This document shows, one piece after another, positions 9,159-18,045 of a stretch of DNA of 60,509 nt; position 1 is the stretch's first letter, and each line of letters opens with the position of its first letter. The stretch spans positions 1-60,509 of the forward strand of contig JBGTKD010000199.1 in assembly GCA_041744795.1 (NCBI GenBank), given 5' to 3'. Under the pieces are notes generated by a model. The model saw only the letters and a program-made list of their open reading frames with translations, was not told where the DNA came from and ran no database searches. The position numbers were made by a program, and so were the translations under genes. This stretch comes from Acidimicrobiia bacterium (lineage in GTDB: Bacteria > Actinomycetota > Acidimicrobiia > Spongiisociales > ZC4RG35).

Positions 9159-9653
9159 TCAGAACATCAGATTGTGCCGCTCGACCAGGGGCATCGTGGC
9201 CTCAAAGTCGACGGCACACCCATAGCTGGCTGCCATCTCCGCCAGGGTCTCCGGTTCGGGGAAGTCAGTGAGTGAGTCAAGAGCCCGGAAGAGGTCGTCC
9301 AATCCTGCGGGCGAGATCAACTCGAGTATTCGGGCTGTGGTGTCGCCAGCATTCCAGAAGGTGTGCCACTCCCCGCGTGGCTTGAACAGAAGATCTCCGG
9401 GCCTGGCAACGGCCTCGTGACCGCCGAGAATCGCGCCTACCTCGCCTTCGATTATGAAAGAGAACTCGTCTTCTCGACTGTGGTGGTGCATTGGAGCGGC
9501 GAGGGCTCGGGGAGGAAGGACGTGCTCGACCACGGCGAACCGCCCCTCAGTGTCCCCGGCGGACACAAGGAACCGATCCTGAGGCCCGCCCGGGGACCCC
9601 ATCAGCTCTCCTTCCGAAGCCCTTATCAATCGGGGTTGGCGTGACGTGGTCAT
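9159..9653 (-). CDS. Cupin-domain protein
   Basis: Cupin motifs PMHHHSREDEFSFIIEGEV and PRGEWHTFWN. I set the start at ATG 9653, preceded by AAGGAGA. This ATG overlaps the upstream stop as ATGA. Confidence 0.75.
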   Translation of the reverse strand: MTTSRQPRLIRASEGELMGSPGGPQDRFLVSAGDTEGRFAVVEHVLPPRALAAPMHHHSREDEFSFIIEGEVGAILGGHEAVARPGDLLFKPRGEWHTFWNAGDTTARILELISPAGLDDLFRALDSLTDFPEPETLAEMAASYGCAVDFEATMPLVERHNLMF

Positions 9654-9985
9654 ATTTCTCCTTGGTGAGTGGGTGGCCATTTCAAGACGGAGATCGCGAT
9701 TCGCCATGATCCGTCCGGCCCGCGGCGAGAGAGGTTGACACCCTGTCCGACGCTGATCGCCAGGTCGTTGGTGGCCAGGATCCGTGTTGAAGCCGGACGA
9801 ACCGCCTCTTGATTCGGCGAGAATGTCCGGGCCGTGAAGGCAGCAGGCGATTCGGGATGCTCCTGATCGCTTACGAGGATCCCGTTGGGCTCGAAAAGCG
9901 AGATGACTCGCTCAGCATCTGAGAGGATGAAGGCATCCTCGAGGAGGGCCTCCAGCTCTTCCGGTGTGCGTGCTCCGTCACTCAA
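9650..9985 (-). CDS. Small NTF2/SnoaL-like fold protein (hypothetical)
   Basis: This is the C-terminal 111 aa of track ORF 9650..10216. TTG at 9985 is preceded by GGAGGA (9997-9992) with 6-nt spacing. The longer version would run across the divergent LuxR start. The fold assignment rests only on size and pattern (TPEELEALLEDAFILSD...WRIAISVL). Confidence 0.5.
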   Translation of the reverse strand: MSDGARTPEELEALLEDAFILSDAERVISLFEPNGILVSDQEHPESPAAFTARTFSPNQEAVRPASTRILATNDLAISVGQGVNLSRRGPDGSWRIAISVLKWPPTHQGEI

Positions 9986-10090
9986 CAAACTTCCTCCGCC
10001 CCGACGACTATCGGATCTCCAAAGTAGATCTCGGGGTGGGGGCGCGTCGATACCAGCTTTCTGGCAGTTTCCTGGGGCTGAGCGCTCCTT

Positions 10091-11236
10091 ATGATCTTCT
10101 TCGTGCAGAGTCGAGAGCGTGTCATCACTCGTGTCCGCGAGCTGAGCAACAGAGGCCTCGACCTCGTTGGGTTCTGGAGCGAATGCACCGAAGTGATCAC
10201 ACCCGTGATGCCCCACTATCTCGGACCTTGTTGGTTCACGGTCGACCCGGCGTCACTGATGATCACCAGTCACTATCAGGAGGGGTTACCCGAGATTCCA
10301 TCCGAATGGCTGGCCGAGGAGTACTACGGCGATGATTTCAACAAGATGGTGGATGTCGCCCGATCCGAAAGCGGGGTGGGCACTCTTCTCGAGGCGACGG
10401 GCGGTGACCCCACACTTAGTGCCCGCTATCACGAGCAGATGGTGCCGTTCGGCTGCGACCAAGAGATGCTCGTAGGGCTCCGCACCACAAGAGACGAGAT
10501 TTGGGGCTGTCTTGGCTTGTACAGGGAAATGGGTCAGCCCCAGTTCGGGCCCGATGACTTTTCCTTCGTCCGAGAGCTCTCACCTCATCTGGCAGAAGGC
10601 GCCCGGCGCGCTCTCCTGTTCGCCGAGGCCACCGACCCGGATGACCCAGAACCTCCCGGGCTGGTGGTCATCGATGACAATTGGGAGGTCGAGTCGGTGA
10701 CGCCTGCCGCCGCCAGGTGGCTTGCCGACTTCCCTGACGGGGATTGGGGCAGGGGAATCCTCCCGTCGGCCGTCAGTTCGGTAGCGGGGCAAGCTCGTCG
10801 GACCGCCGAGCGCGATGATCCCGGCCAGGTCGCCTACGCACGTGTGCTCTCTCGGAGTGGTCGCTGGATCGTCTTGCACGGAGCCTCTTTGGTGTCGGGC
10901 GATCGCCCGCGGGTCGCCGTGATCATTGAGCTGGCCCATCCGGCGCGGATAGCTCCGCTTCTGATGGCGGCGTACGGGCTCAGCGAGCGGGAACAGGATG
11001 TGACCAGACTTGTCTTGCAGGGTTGTTCGACCACCGAAATCGCCGATCGGCTCTATATCTCGGTCAACACGGTCCAACAGCACCTAAAAAGCATCTTCGA
11101 AAAGACTTCGGTCAGGAGTAGGCGCGATCTGGTGGGCAAGGTCTTCTTTGCCCATTACGAACCTCGGGTCCGTGACAACGAAGGACGGGCTGTAGCCGGG
11201 GATCCGCTGCGGGGTGGCCCTTCACCCATGGCTTAG
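10091..11236 (+). CDS. LuxR-family transcriptional regulator with N-terminal GAF-like sensor domain
   Basis: C-terminal LuxR HTH (LSEREQDVTRLVLQGCSTTEIADRLYISVNTVQQHLKSIFEKTSVRSRRDLV). No receiver domain is present. It is divergent from the NTF2-like/cupin pair. Confidence 0.85.
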   Translation: MIFFVQSRERVITRVRELSNRGLDLVGFWSECTEVITPVMPHYLGPCWFTVDPASLMITSHYQEGLPEIPSEWLAEEYYGDDFNKMVDVARSESGVGTLLEATGGDPTLSARYHEQMVPFGCDQEMLVGLRTTRDEIWGCLGLYREMGQPQFGPDDFSFVRELSPHLAEGARRALLFAEATDPDDPEPPGLVVIDDNWEVESVTPAAARWLADFPDGDWGRGILPSAVSSVAGQARRTAERDDPGQVAYARVLSRSGRWIVLHGASLVSGDRPRVAVIIELAHPARIAPLLMAAYGLSEREQDVTRLVLQGCSTTEIADRLYISVNTVQQHLKSIFEKTSVRSRRDLVGKVFFAHYEPRVRDNEGRAVAGDPLRGGPSPMA

Positions 11237-11838
11237 TAACTACCCCGGCGTCGACGACGGCTGAGTACTGAGCGCTGATCAAGGGGGATTGCGAGATTGC
11301 CCCCGGTAACCAAGAACAGCTGAGCGGTGACAAAGGCATCAGCCAGGGCGTGGTGGGCGGTCCCGGGCGGAACTCCGAACCGATCCGCGGCCATCGAGAG
11401 AGTCTCGGAGCTGTTCCATGCCCGTCCCATCCGCGAGTCGGTTTCTCGCACTAGATCGCGGACGTCGATCGTTCGTCGCTGCCAGGACCGCAGTCGCCCT
11501 CCGTAGGCCGCGGCCAGGAACGAGGTCTCCACCCACGCCGACCAGACCACCAGTGGGTGGTTGTCGAGAATTGCCTCCAGCTCGGCGAGCGTCTGTGAAC
11601 GGGGAGCGGCTTGAGCCAGATCGATAGGACGCAGATGGTGGATGCGTACCACCTCGGTTGGGATCGGCATGTTCGATTGCATCACCCTGTAGGTGCTCTG
11701 GTCCAGCCGCACCCTCCCATCGACAATGGGGATCGCCCCAAACGAGAGGATCACGTCGTGGCGTGGATCGAGACCGGTCGTCTCAAGATCCAGAGCGATG
11801 GGATAGCTCGACCGTTCCCTTCGTCGGGTTCGGCTCAT
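11233..11838 (-). CDS. DEDDh 3'-5' exonuclease (DnaQ/epsilon-like domain)
   Basis: Exo I motif IALDLETTGL and Exo III motif HHALADAFVTAQL. It overlaps the upstream gene by 4 nt. Confidence 0.8.
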   Translation of the reverse strand: MSRTRRRERSSYPIALDLETTGLDPRHDVILSFGAIPIVDGRVRLDQSTYRVMQSNMPIPTEVVRIHHLRPIDLAQAAPRSQTLAELEAILDNHPLVVWSAWVETSFLAAAYGGRLRSWQRRTIDVRDLVRETDSRMGRAWNSSETLSMAADRFGVPPGTAHHALADAFVTAQLFLVTGGNLAIPLDQRSVLSRRRRRGSY

Positions 11839-13652
11839 CGGCCGAGGATCCGCGGGGCGAGTTGGTTGCTCAGATCTGTCTGGATGTCACGCACGATGCG
11901 AAACGCCTGCTTCAAGGCTGCGCGGTCGATCGGGCCTAGGCCCTCGGGGTCGATCAAGTTGCTGGGCCGCTCACCGGCGGTCCATTGCCCCACCTGGTTT
12001 CGCAGCCGGAGGTCCTGTAGGAACCCGAAAGCCTCTTCCAGACCATCGGCGTGGTCGGGCGAGAGGGTGCCAGCACCGGCCGCCGCCTGCAGGCGAGCGG
12101 GTGTATCCAACTCGAAAGCACCCGCCCGCAGCGAGTAGATGCGAGCCAACTCGGTGATCGGCAAGAGCCCACCCAGCTTGAGGTCCAACACTCCCGCTTG
12201 CCCGTTTGCGTCGTGGGCGAGGAGGCCGCCGAGTATTCCCAACGGGGGCCGGACCTCTAGTGCCAGGCGCTCCAACCTGCGGAGAAAGTCGGGTTGGCGG
12301 CTGGCGGCGTCGGCTGCTTCTGTGAACAACGCTCCGACGGTGAGGTCTCCTGACACAGCCCGGACGTCGAACGCGATACCGGTCAGGAATGCCGCCACCC
12401 TGTCCGGTTCGGTCATCCAGTCCGCCATCCGTCGTCGCCACCACGTCTCCGTCCCCCGCCAGCCATCCTCACTGGCCATCACCTTCGACGAGCATCTCGG
12501 TATCCCCGCCGCTTCGAGTCCGGCTACCACCAACCTGGCCAGTTCCAAGAAATAGTCGTCGTGCTCCTCTTCGGCGTCGGAGAAGATCAGCGCATGGTCC
12601 TGGTCCGTTAACAGCGCCTGCTCCCGCCGGCCAGCTGAGCCGAGGGCAAGCCACGCGAAGTCCACAGGCGCAGTGCCTAGCGTTTCCTGTCCGAGTTCGA
12701 GCAATCGCGTAGTTAGCGCATCGATCAACACCGAGACGACCTTGGACACGTGGCCAGCGTCGACGCCGCCCTGTACGAGGGTGGCGATCGCGTTAGGTAC
12801 TTCCTTTGCAGCCTCCGCCAATCGTTCGACCGAGTTCGCCTGTTGGATCTCCGAGCGCAACCGGGAGGAGTTGCGCCGTTCCAGGTCGAGAAGGTCAAGG
12901 TCCCTGAGCATGGCGACCACCGCGCCGCTGCCGTCCACTACCGGCAGGTGGTGAACACCCGACTCGAGCATCTTGAGGAGAGCCTCTGAGACGAGCGACG
13001 AGCGGGAGATGGTGAGCGCGGCCCTAGTCGTAACTAGTTCGATCGTCGCCTGGGTACTGGCTCCGGCTGCAACCACTCGGGACCGAAAGTCGCGGTCCGT
13101 CACGATGCCTGGCCCGTCCGGCAGTTCGATCACAGCGGCTGACGCGGCCGCTGCATTCATCCGCTTGGCCACAGTTTCGATCGTCTCGTGGGGCTGAGCG
13201 AAGACGAGCGGCCCCCGAGCGATGTGCTCGACATAGGGCTGGGCTGAGTTCGGGTGCTGAGGCGCTCGGCGCGACCGCAGGGTCCGGACGAGAAACTGAA
13301 TGCCGGTCGGCGCTCCCAGGATGTCGATTGCCACTGTGCGATCGAACAGGTAGCACAGGGCGTCCTCGGCCACGCGCACCGTGTGTTGCGGCGAAGAGCC
13401 CGCAAGCAGGGAGGGGAAGCCGAACGCCTCCCCCTTCTCGAGGCGGTCAATAACGCTGTCACCATCGACCAACTCGACCTCTCCGCGTCTTAGGACAAAC
13501 AAGAAGTCGGATGGTTTGCCTCCCTGCTCGAGCACAACGGAGCCGGTCGGAAAGAAGTCGACGATCACCGACGCCGCCACCTCGGCCAGCACATCGTCGG
13601 GAAGGCCCCGGAACGGGGCGTGCGCACTTAGAAAGCGCTCGACCTCCAGCAT
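11835..13652 (-). CDS. cNMP-binding / tandem CBS / DUF294 nucleotidyltransferase protein
   Basis: 605 aa. N-terminal cyclic-nucleotide-binding fold (FLFVLRRGEVELV...GEAFGF), a CBS pair (…IVTDRDFRSRV…HHLPVVDGSG…), a GlnD-like NTase core (LALGSAGRREQALLTDQDHALIF) and a DUF294_C-like tail. Confidence 0.85.
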   Translation of the reverse strand: MLEVERFLSAHAPFRGLPDDVLAEVAASVIVDFFPTGSVVLEQGGKPSDFLFVLRRGEVELVDGDSVIDRLEKGEAFGFPSLLAGSSPQHTVRVAEDALCYLFDRTVAIDILGAPTGIQFLVRTLRSRRAPQHPNSAQPYVEHIARGPLVFAQPHETIETVAKRMNAAAASAAVIELPDGPGIVTDRDFRSRVVAAGASTQATIELVTTRAALTISRSSLVSEALLKMLESGVHHLPVVDGSGAVVAMLRDLDLLDLERRNSSRLRSEIQQANSVERLAEAAKEVPNAIATLVQGGVDAGHVSKVVSVLIDALTTRLLELGQETLGTAPVDFAWLALGSAGRREQALLTDQDHALIFSDAEEEHDDYFLELARLVVAGLEAAGIPRCSSKVMASEDGWRGTETWWRRRMADWMTEPDRVAAFLTGIAFDVRAVSGDLTVGALFTEAADAASRQPDFLRRLERLALEVRPPLGILGGLLAHDANGQAGVLDLKLGGLLPITELARIYSLRAGAFELDTPARLQAAAGAGTLSPDHADGLEEAFGFLQDLRLRNQVGQWTAGERPSNLIDPEGLGPIDRAALKQAFRIVRDIQTDLSNQLAPRILGR

Positions 13653-13682
13653 GATCGTCAGCCTATCGGTCCCAATCGACGG

Positions 13683-14399
13683 TCAAGGGGCGGTCGGCTG
13701 ACCAGTCAGGAACGACTGGATCCAGGCAGCGAGCAGAGCCCGATCGGGCGCATCGCCCAGGGTTGCCAGGCCCGCGTCGACTACTTCGGCCGCTATCACG
13801 TTCCCGCGGCGACGCTCCATCTGCGTTCGGGCGAAGGCGGGCACGAACTCAGGGTGGCCCTGGATGCCGATCACGTGGTCGCCGTAGGCCAACATCGAAA
13901 CCGGACAGTGCTCGGTGGTGGCCAGTACCCGGATTCCGGGAGGCGGCTCGACGATTTGGTCGGCGTGACTGTGCACCACTCGAAAGCGCGTCACCTTGGG
14001 GTCCATCCAAGGCTCGGAATCCAAGACAGCTACCTCACGGATGCCGATTCCCCACCCTTGGGCGGCTCGTGCCACTTTCCCGCCCAGCGCTTGGCCGATC
14101 ATCTGGTGGCCGAAGCAGATACCCACGAGCTTTCGCCTCTCGTCGATCAATTCTCGCACGAGGCTCTCCAGCCGACGGATCCATGGCTCGTCGTCGTACA
14201 CAGAACGGGTCGAACCGGTGATGATCCAGCCGTCGCACTCTTGGCCGGATACAGGGAACTGGTCCGCGGTCAGATCGTAGGGAACGAGCTCCACCTGGGG
14301 ATAGGCGGCCAGGAGGTCGTCGAACATGTCCAGATAATCGCCCGCAAGGGGGGCCAACTCTGGGGGGACGTGGTCGCAGATCAGCAGCCCAATACGCAT
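13683..14399 (-). CDS. Class-I glutamine amidotransferase-like hydrolase (PuuD-like gamma-glutamyl amide hydrolase candidate)
   Basis: MRIGLLICDH..., nucleophile elbow GICFGHQ and C-terminal HPEF. ATG 14399 lies 1 nt after the ALDH stop. The track ORF start at 14474 would overlap the ALDH gene. Confidence 0.8.
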   Translation of the reverse strand: MRIGLLICDHVPPELAPLAGDYLDMFDDLLAAYPQVELVPYDLTADQFPVSGQECDGWIITGSTRSVYDDEPWIRRLESLVRELIDERRKLVGICFGHQMIGQALGGKVARAAQGWGIGIREVAVLDSEPWMDPKVTRFRVVHSHADQIVEPPPGIRVLATTEHCPVSMLAYGDHVIGIQGHPEFVPAFARTQMERRRGNVIAAEVVDAGLATLGDAPDRALLAAWIQSFLTGQPTAP

Positions 14400-14400
14400 G

Positions 14401-15840
14401 TCAGCGCTCGGCGATGAACACGGATTTGTATTCCGAGTAGTGGTCGAGGGCGGCCATCCCCTGCTCCCGGCCAATACCGGACTGTTTCATCCCGCCGAAC
14501 GGAGCCTCTATGTGAACTGACGACGAGGTGTTGATCGACAGCATCCCGGTCTCGACCGCTCGTGCCACTCGTAGTGCCCGCCCGATGTCCCGGGTCCACA
14601 AGGAACCGGACAGGCCGTACATCGAGTCATTAGCCAGCCGGATCGCTTCGTCTTCGTCGCCGAACGCGCCGACAGCCACCACTGGCCCGAAGATCTCCTC
14701 CTGCATGATCCGCATTTCGGGGCGCACTCCTGCGAATACCGCCGGGGTTAGGAATGACCCGGGGCCAGCGGTTCTTTCTCCTCCCCACACAAGACGCGCC
14801 CCCTCCTCCTCGCCGACTCGTAGGTAGTGCTCGACCGAGTCGCGGTGGGCCGGTGTGATGAGCGGGCCCATTTCGGTCGACTCGTCGCGGGTGTCGCCCA
14901 CCATCAGTGTTTGTGCCCGCGCCGTGAATCTCTCTAGGAATTCGTCGTAGATCGATTGCTCCACAAGGATTCGGCTGCGGGCGCAGCAGTCCTGGCCGGC
15001 GTTGTCATACACGGCGAAGATGGACGACTCCACGCATACGTCCAGGTCAGCGTCCGCGAACACGATGGAAGCCGACTTGCCGCCGAGTTCGAGCGACACG
15101 CGTTTGATCCCGTCGGCGGCCAGTCGCATCACGCCTGCCCCAACTTCAGTGGAGCCGGTGAAGGAGATCTTGCGCACTAGCGGGTGTTTCACCAGTAGGT
15201 CGCCCACCTCGGACCCCTTGCCCGGTACGACAGCGAGCGCTCCAGCAGGCAGGCCAGCCTCGGTGGCAAGTTCGGCCAGCGCCAGGGCCGTCAGCGGTGT
15301 CACTTCGGCCGGCTTCAGCACGACAGAGTTGCCCATGGCGAGCGCTGGCGCCACCTTCCAGGCGGCGATCAGCATGGGGAAGTTCCAGGGCGTGATAGCG
15401 ACACACACCCCCAGCGGTTCGCGGAAGGTCAGAAGGGTGCCAGCCGCCTGGGATGGGATGGTTTGGCCGTGCACCTTGTCGACGGCGCCCGCGTAGTAGT
15501 CGAAGACGGACGCGACCGCCCCGATTTCGCCGCGGGCCGCCACGATCGGCTTACCGGCGTTTGACGACTCGAGGGACGCGAGCCGGTCCTGGTCGCGCCG
15601 AATGAGGTCGGCAATCCTCCGCAATACGTCCCGCCGCTCCCGCACCGGTGCCCGGCGCCACAGTCCGGACTCGAATGTGCGGTGGGCGGCCTGGATTGCG
15701 CGTTCGATAGTCTCCGGCCCTGATCGGGCCACTCGTGCCACTTCTTGGCCGGTGGCGGGATCGTTGATGACGGTCTCGCCTGCCTCCTCGCCAGCGTGGT
15801 GGCTTCCTTCTATGAATGCTCCGAGCACTCGAGATCTCAC
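14401..15840 (-). CDS. NAD(P)-dependent aldehyde dehydrogenase
   Basis: 479 aa with ELGGKSA, FTGSTEVG and the catalytic-Cys region GQDCCARSR. The GTG start overlaps the SDR stop as GTGA. Confidence 0.9.
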   Translation of the reverse strand: MRSRVLGAFIEGSHHAGEEAGETVINDPATGQEVARVARSGPETIERAIQAAHRTFESGLWRRAPVRERRDVLRRIADLIRRDQDRLASLESSNAGKPIVAARGEIGAVASVFDYYAGAVDKVHGQTIPSQAAGTLLTFREPLGVCVAITPWNFPMLIAAWKVAPALAMGNSVVLKPAEVTPLTALALAELATEAGLPAGALAVVPGKGSEVGDLLVKHPLVRKISFTGSTEVGAGVMRLAADGIKRVSLELGGKSASIVFADADLDVCVESSIFAVYDNAGQDCCARSRILVEQSIYDEFLERFTARAQTLMVGDTRDESTEMGPLITPAHRDSVEHYLRVGEEEGARLVWGGERTAGPGSFLTPAVFAGVRPEMRIMQEEIFGPVVAVGAFGDEDEAIRLANDSMYGLSGSLWTRDIGRALRVARAVETGMLSINTSSSVHIEAPFGGMKQSGIGREQGMAALDHYSEYKSVFIAER

Positions 15841-16616
15841 TCTGCGGTGACGTAGGCAGCGGTTATCCCTCCGTCGACCACGAAGTCTGCGCCCGTCACA
15901 TACGAAGAGTCGTCAGATGCGAGCCACAGGGCCGCCTTGGCCATTTCGGCGGCCTCACCGAAACGGCCCATCGGGATGTGCACCAGACGGCGCTGACGCT
16001 TTTCCTCACTGTCGAGGAACTTCATGAGCAGTTCAGTGTTCAGCGGGCCGGGGCAGAGTGAGTTCACCCGGATGTTCTCCCGAGCGTGGATGACCGCCAA
16101 CTCTCTCGTCATCGCTAGTACCGCGCCCTTCGAGGCTGTGTAGGCGATCTGCGGCGTGGCCGCCCCGAGGATTGCAACAAACGAGGCGGTGTTGATGATC
16201 GACCCTCCCCCTGCTCTGCGTAGAGCAGGGATCCCATACTTGCATCCAAGGAAGACCCCCTTGGCGTTGATGGCGAGCGTCAGATCCCAGATGTCCTCGG
16301 CGGTGCCGACCGCGTCGTCGTCGGCGGAATGCATGATCCCGGCGTTGTTGAACATCACGTCGAGCTTGCCGAAGGAGGCCTCTGCTGTTTCGACCATTAC
16401 TCGACAGTCGGCATCTCGGGAGACGTCGGCCTGGACCGCCACGGCTCGCCCTCCCGCCGTTTCGACGGCTTCTGCCGTGGCGGTTGCGGTCTCGTGGCGA
16501 ACGTCCACAGCAACCACGGAGGCCCCTTCGGCGGCGAACAGTAGAGAGGCCTCCCGCCCGATTCCCGAGCCTGCCCCCGTGATCAGCGCGACCTTGCCCG
16601 CAAGTCTCATATCCAT
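15837..16616 (-). CDS. Short-chain dehydrogenase/reductase
   Basis: TGAGSGIG cofactor motif and the YTASK catalytic motif. ATG 16616 shares 1 nt with the stop of the upstream GS-like gene (TGATG). The 160-aa N-terminal extension in track ORF 15837..17096 is Arg/Gly-rich shadow sequence. Confidence 0.85.
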   Translation of the reverse strand: MDMRLAGKVALITGAGSGIGREASLLFAAEGASVVAVDVRHETATATAEAVETAGGRAVAVQADVSRDADCRVMVETAEASFGKLDVMFNNAGIMHSADDDAVGTAEDIWDLTLAINAKGVFLGCKYGIPALRRAGGGSIINTASFVAILGAATPQIAYTASKGAVLAMTRELAVIHARENIRVNSLCPGPLNTELLMKFLDSEEKRQRRLVHIPMGRFGEAAEMAKAALWLASDDSSYVTGADFVVDGGITAAYVTAE

Positions 16617-17989
16617 CAAATCCGCTCGAAGTATCGCCAGCGTTCCCAATCGGTTACCGCGTTGTCGTAAGCAGCCGCCTCGTCTTCGAAGAAGTGAAGG
16701 TAGTGCTCCTTGACCGCCTCCCCGAATGCCTCCGCTACGAAGTCGCTGGCTGCGAACAGGTCGACGGCCTCTCTCAGGGTATGCGGCACGCGCGGGAGGT
16801 CGGCGGCCTGGTAAACGTCGCCGGAGAACATTGCGGGCGGCTCTATCTGATTGGCAATCCCGTCCAGGCCGGCAGCCATCGCCGCGGCGTAAGCCAAATA
16901 GGGGTTGGCGTCGGCGCCCGGAATCCGGCATTCGATCCGCAGCGAGGGCCCGTCGCCCACCACCCGAAAGCCAGCGGTGCGGTTGTCGTAGCTCCAGGCG
17001 ATGCGCACGGGAGCCCACGACGCGTTCTGAAACCGCTTGTAGGAGTTCACCGTGGGGGCGAAGAACACCATCAGCTCTGGCAGGTGAGCCATCCATCCGC
17101 CGAGGAACCAGCGGAACTCATTTGAGGCAGCCACATCGCCCAGCATCTCGTCGCCTGCGAAGGCGTTCTGTTCGTTCTCCCATAGGGAGAGATGGAGATG
17201 ACAGCTTGACCCCGCCTCGGAGGCGTGCGGCTTTGCCATGAACGTGACGCTCACGCCCTGGATCTCCGCGATCTCCTTCATGGCGAGCTTCATGATGGTG
17301 TGGCGGTCCGCCATGGGGAGTAGGTCGGTGTAGCGGATGTTCATCTCGTGCTGGCCACGACCCCACTCGCCTTTCGAGCTCTCGACTGGGATCCCGGAAC
17401 GGGCGAGGTGGCGCCGGACTGCGCCGTTGTACCCCTCCTCCCGTGTGCCCTGCAGCAAGTGGTAATCCTCGATGTACCACCCGGCCGGGGTGAGGTCGTG
17501 ATAGTTGCGCTCTGCGGCGGCCCGATAGCTGTCTTGGTAGAGGAAGTACTCGAGCTCCGATGCCCCTTTCGGCGAGTAGCCATGCTCGGCTGCCCGCGCC
17601 AGTTGGTGGCGGAGGATCGATCTTGGGGCTACGTCTACTGGGTGCGCCTCGTCGCCCAGGTCGCACAGCACCAGCGCTGTGCGATCGAGCCAGTCGGCTA
17701 TTCGCAGGGTTGCCAAATCGGGCACCATGTGGAAGTCGCCGTAGCCCAACTCCCAGTTCGCGTAGCGGTAGCCGGGCACCGGTTCCATCTCCATGTCGAC
17801 AGTCAGGAGGTAGTTGCAGCCATGGGTGCCGTGGTCAGACACCTCATCGAGGAAAAAGGAGGCGTCGAAGCGCTTGCCGTGCACTCGTCCGTAGTGATCG
17901 GTGAAGCCGACTACGACGGTATCGATGGTTTCAGCCGCGACCAGTTCGCTCAACTCGGCGAGACTCAACATCCCTTTCGGGTTTCCCAT
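16616..17989 (-). CDS. Glutamine synthetase-family gamma-glutamyl-amine synthetase (GlnA4/PuuA-like)
   Basis: 457-aa GS type-I fold (…SSCHLHLSLW…, …NSYKR…, …NRTAGFRV…). It lies between an amine permease and the dehydrogenase/amidotransferase genes. Confidence 0.9.
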   Translation of the reverse strand: MGNPKGMLSLAELSELVAAETIDTVVVGFTDHYGRVHGKRFDASFFLDEVSDHGTHGCNYLLTVDMEMEPVPGYRYANWELGYGDFHMVPDLATLRIADWLDRTALVLCDLGDEAHPVDVAPRSILRHQLARAAEHGYSPKGASELEYFLYQDSYRAAAERNYHDLTPAGWYIEDYHLLQGTREEGYNGAVRRHLARSGIPVESSKGEWGRGQHEMNIRYTDLLPMADRHTIMKLAMKEIAEIQGVSVTFMAKPHASEAGSSCHLHLSLWENEQNAFAGDEMLGDVAASNEFRWFLGGWMAHLPELMVFFAPTVNSYKRFQNASWAPVRIAWSYDNRTAGFRVVGDGPSLRIECRIPGADANPYLAYAAAMAAGLDGIANQIEPPAMFSGDVYQAADLPRVPHTLREAVDLFAASDFVAEAFGEAVKEHYLHFFEDEAAAYDNAVTDWERWRYFERI

Positions 17990-18045
17990 GCATCCTCCTG
18001 TGATGGGCCTCCCGGGCTAGCCCGGGAGGCCTGCGTCGATCCTTC

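Noticed and set aside
9986-10216. Upstream part of ORF 9650..10216, which would overlap the LuxR start.
   Set aside because: The composition is low-complexity and non-globular. A GGAGGA plus TTG start at 9985 gives an NTF2-sized protein and leaves a 105-nt divergent promoter region.
6864-11236. Genomic island integrated at tRNA-Arg.
   Set aside because: By eye I saw no integrase, no transposase and no direct repeat of the tRNA 3' end. The composition looks like the rest of the window. Only the truncated-kinase observation is retained.
16617-17096. 160-aa N-terminal extension of the SDR in track ORF 15837..17096.
   Set aside because: The extension overlaps the 3' end of the GS-like gene and is Arg/Gly-rich. 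The SDR motif TGAGSGIG begins right after ATG 16616, and that ATG is coupled to the upstream stop.
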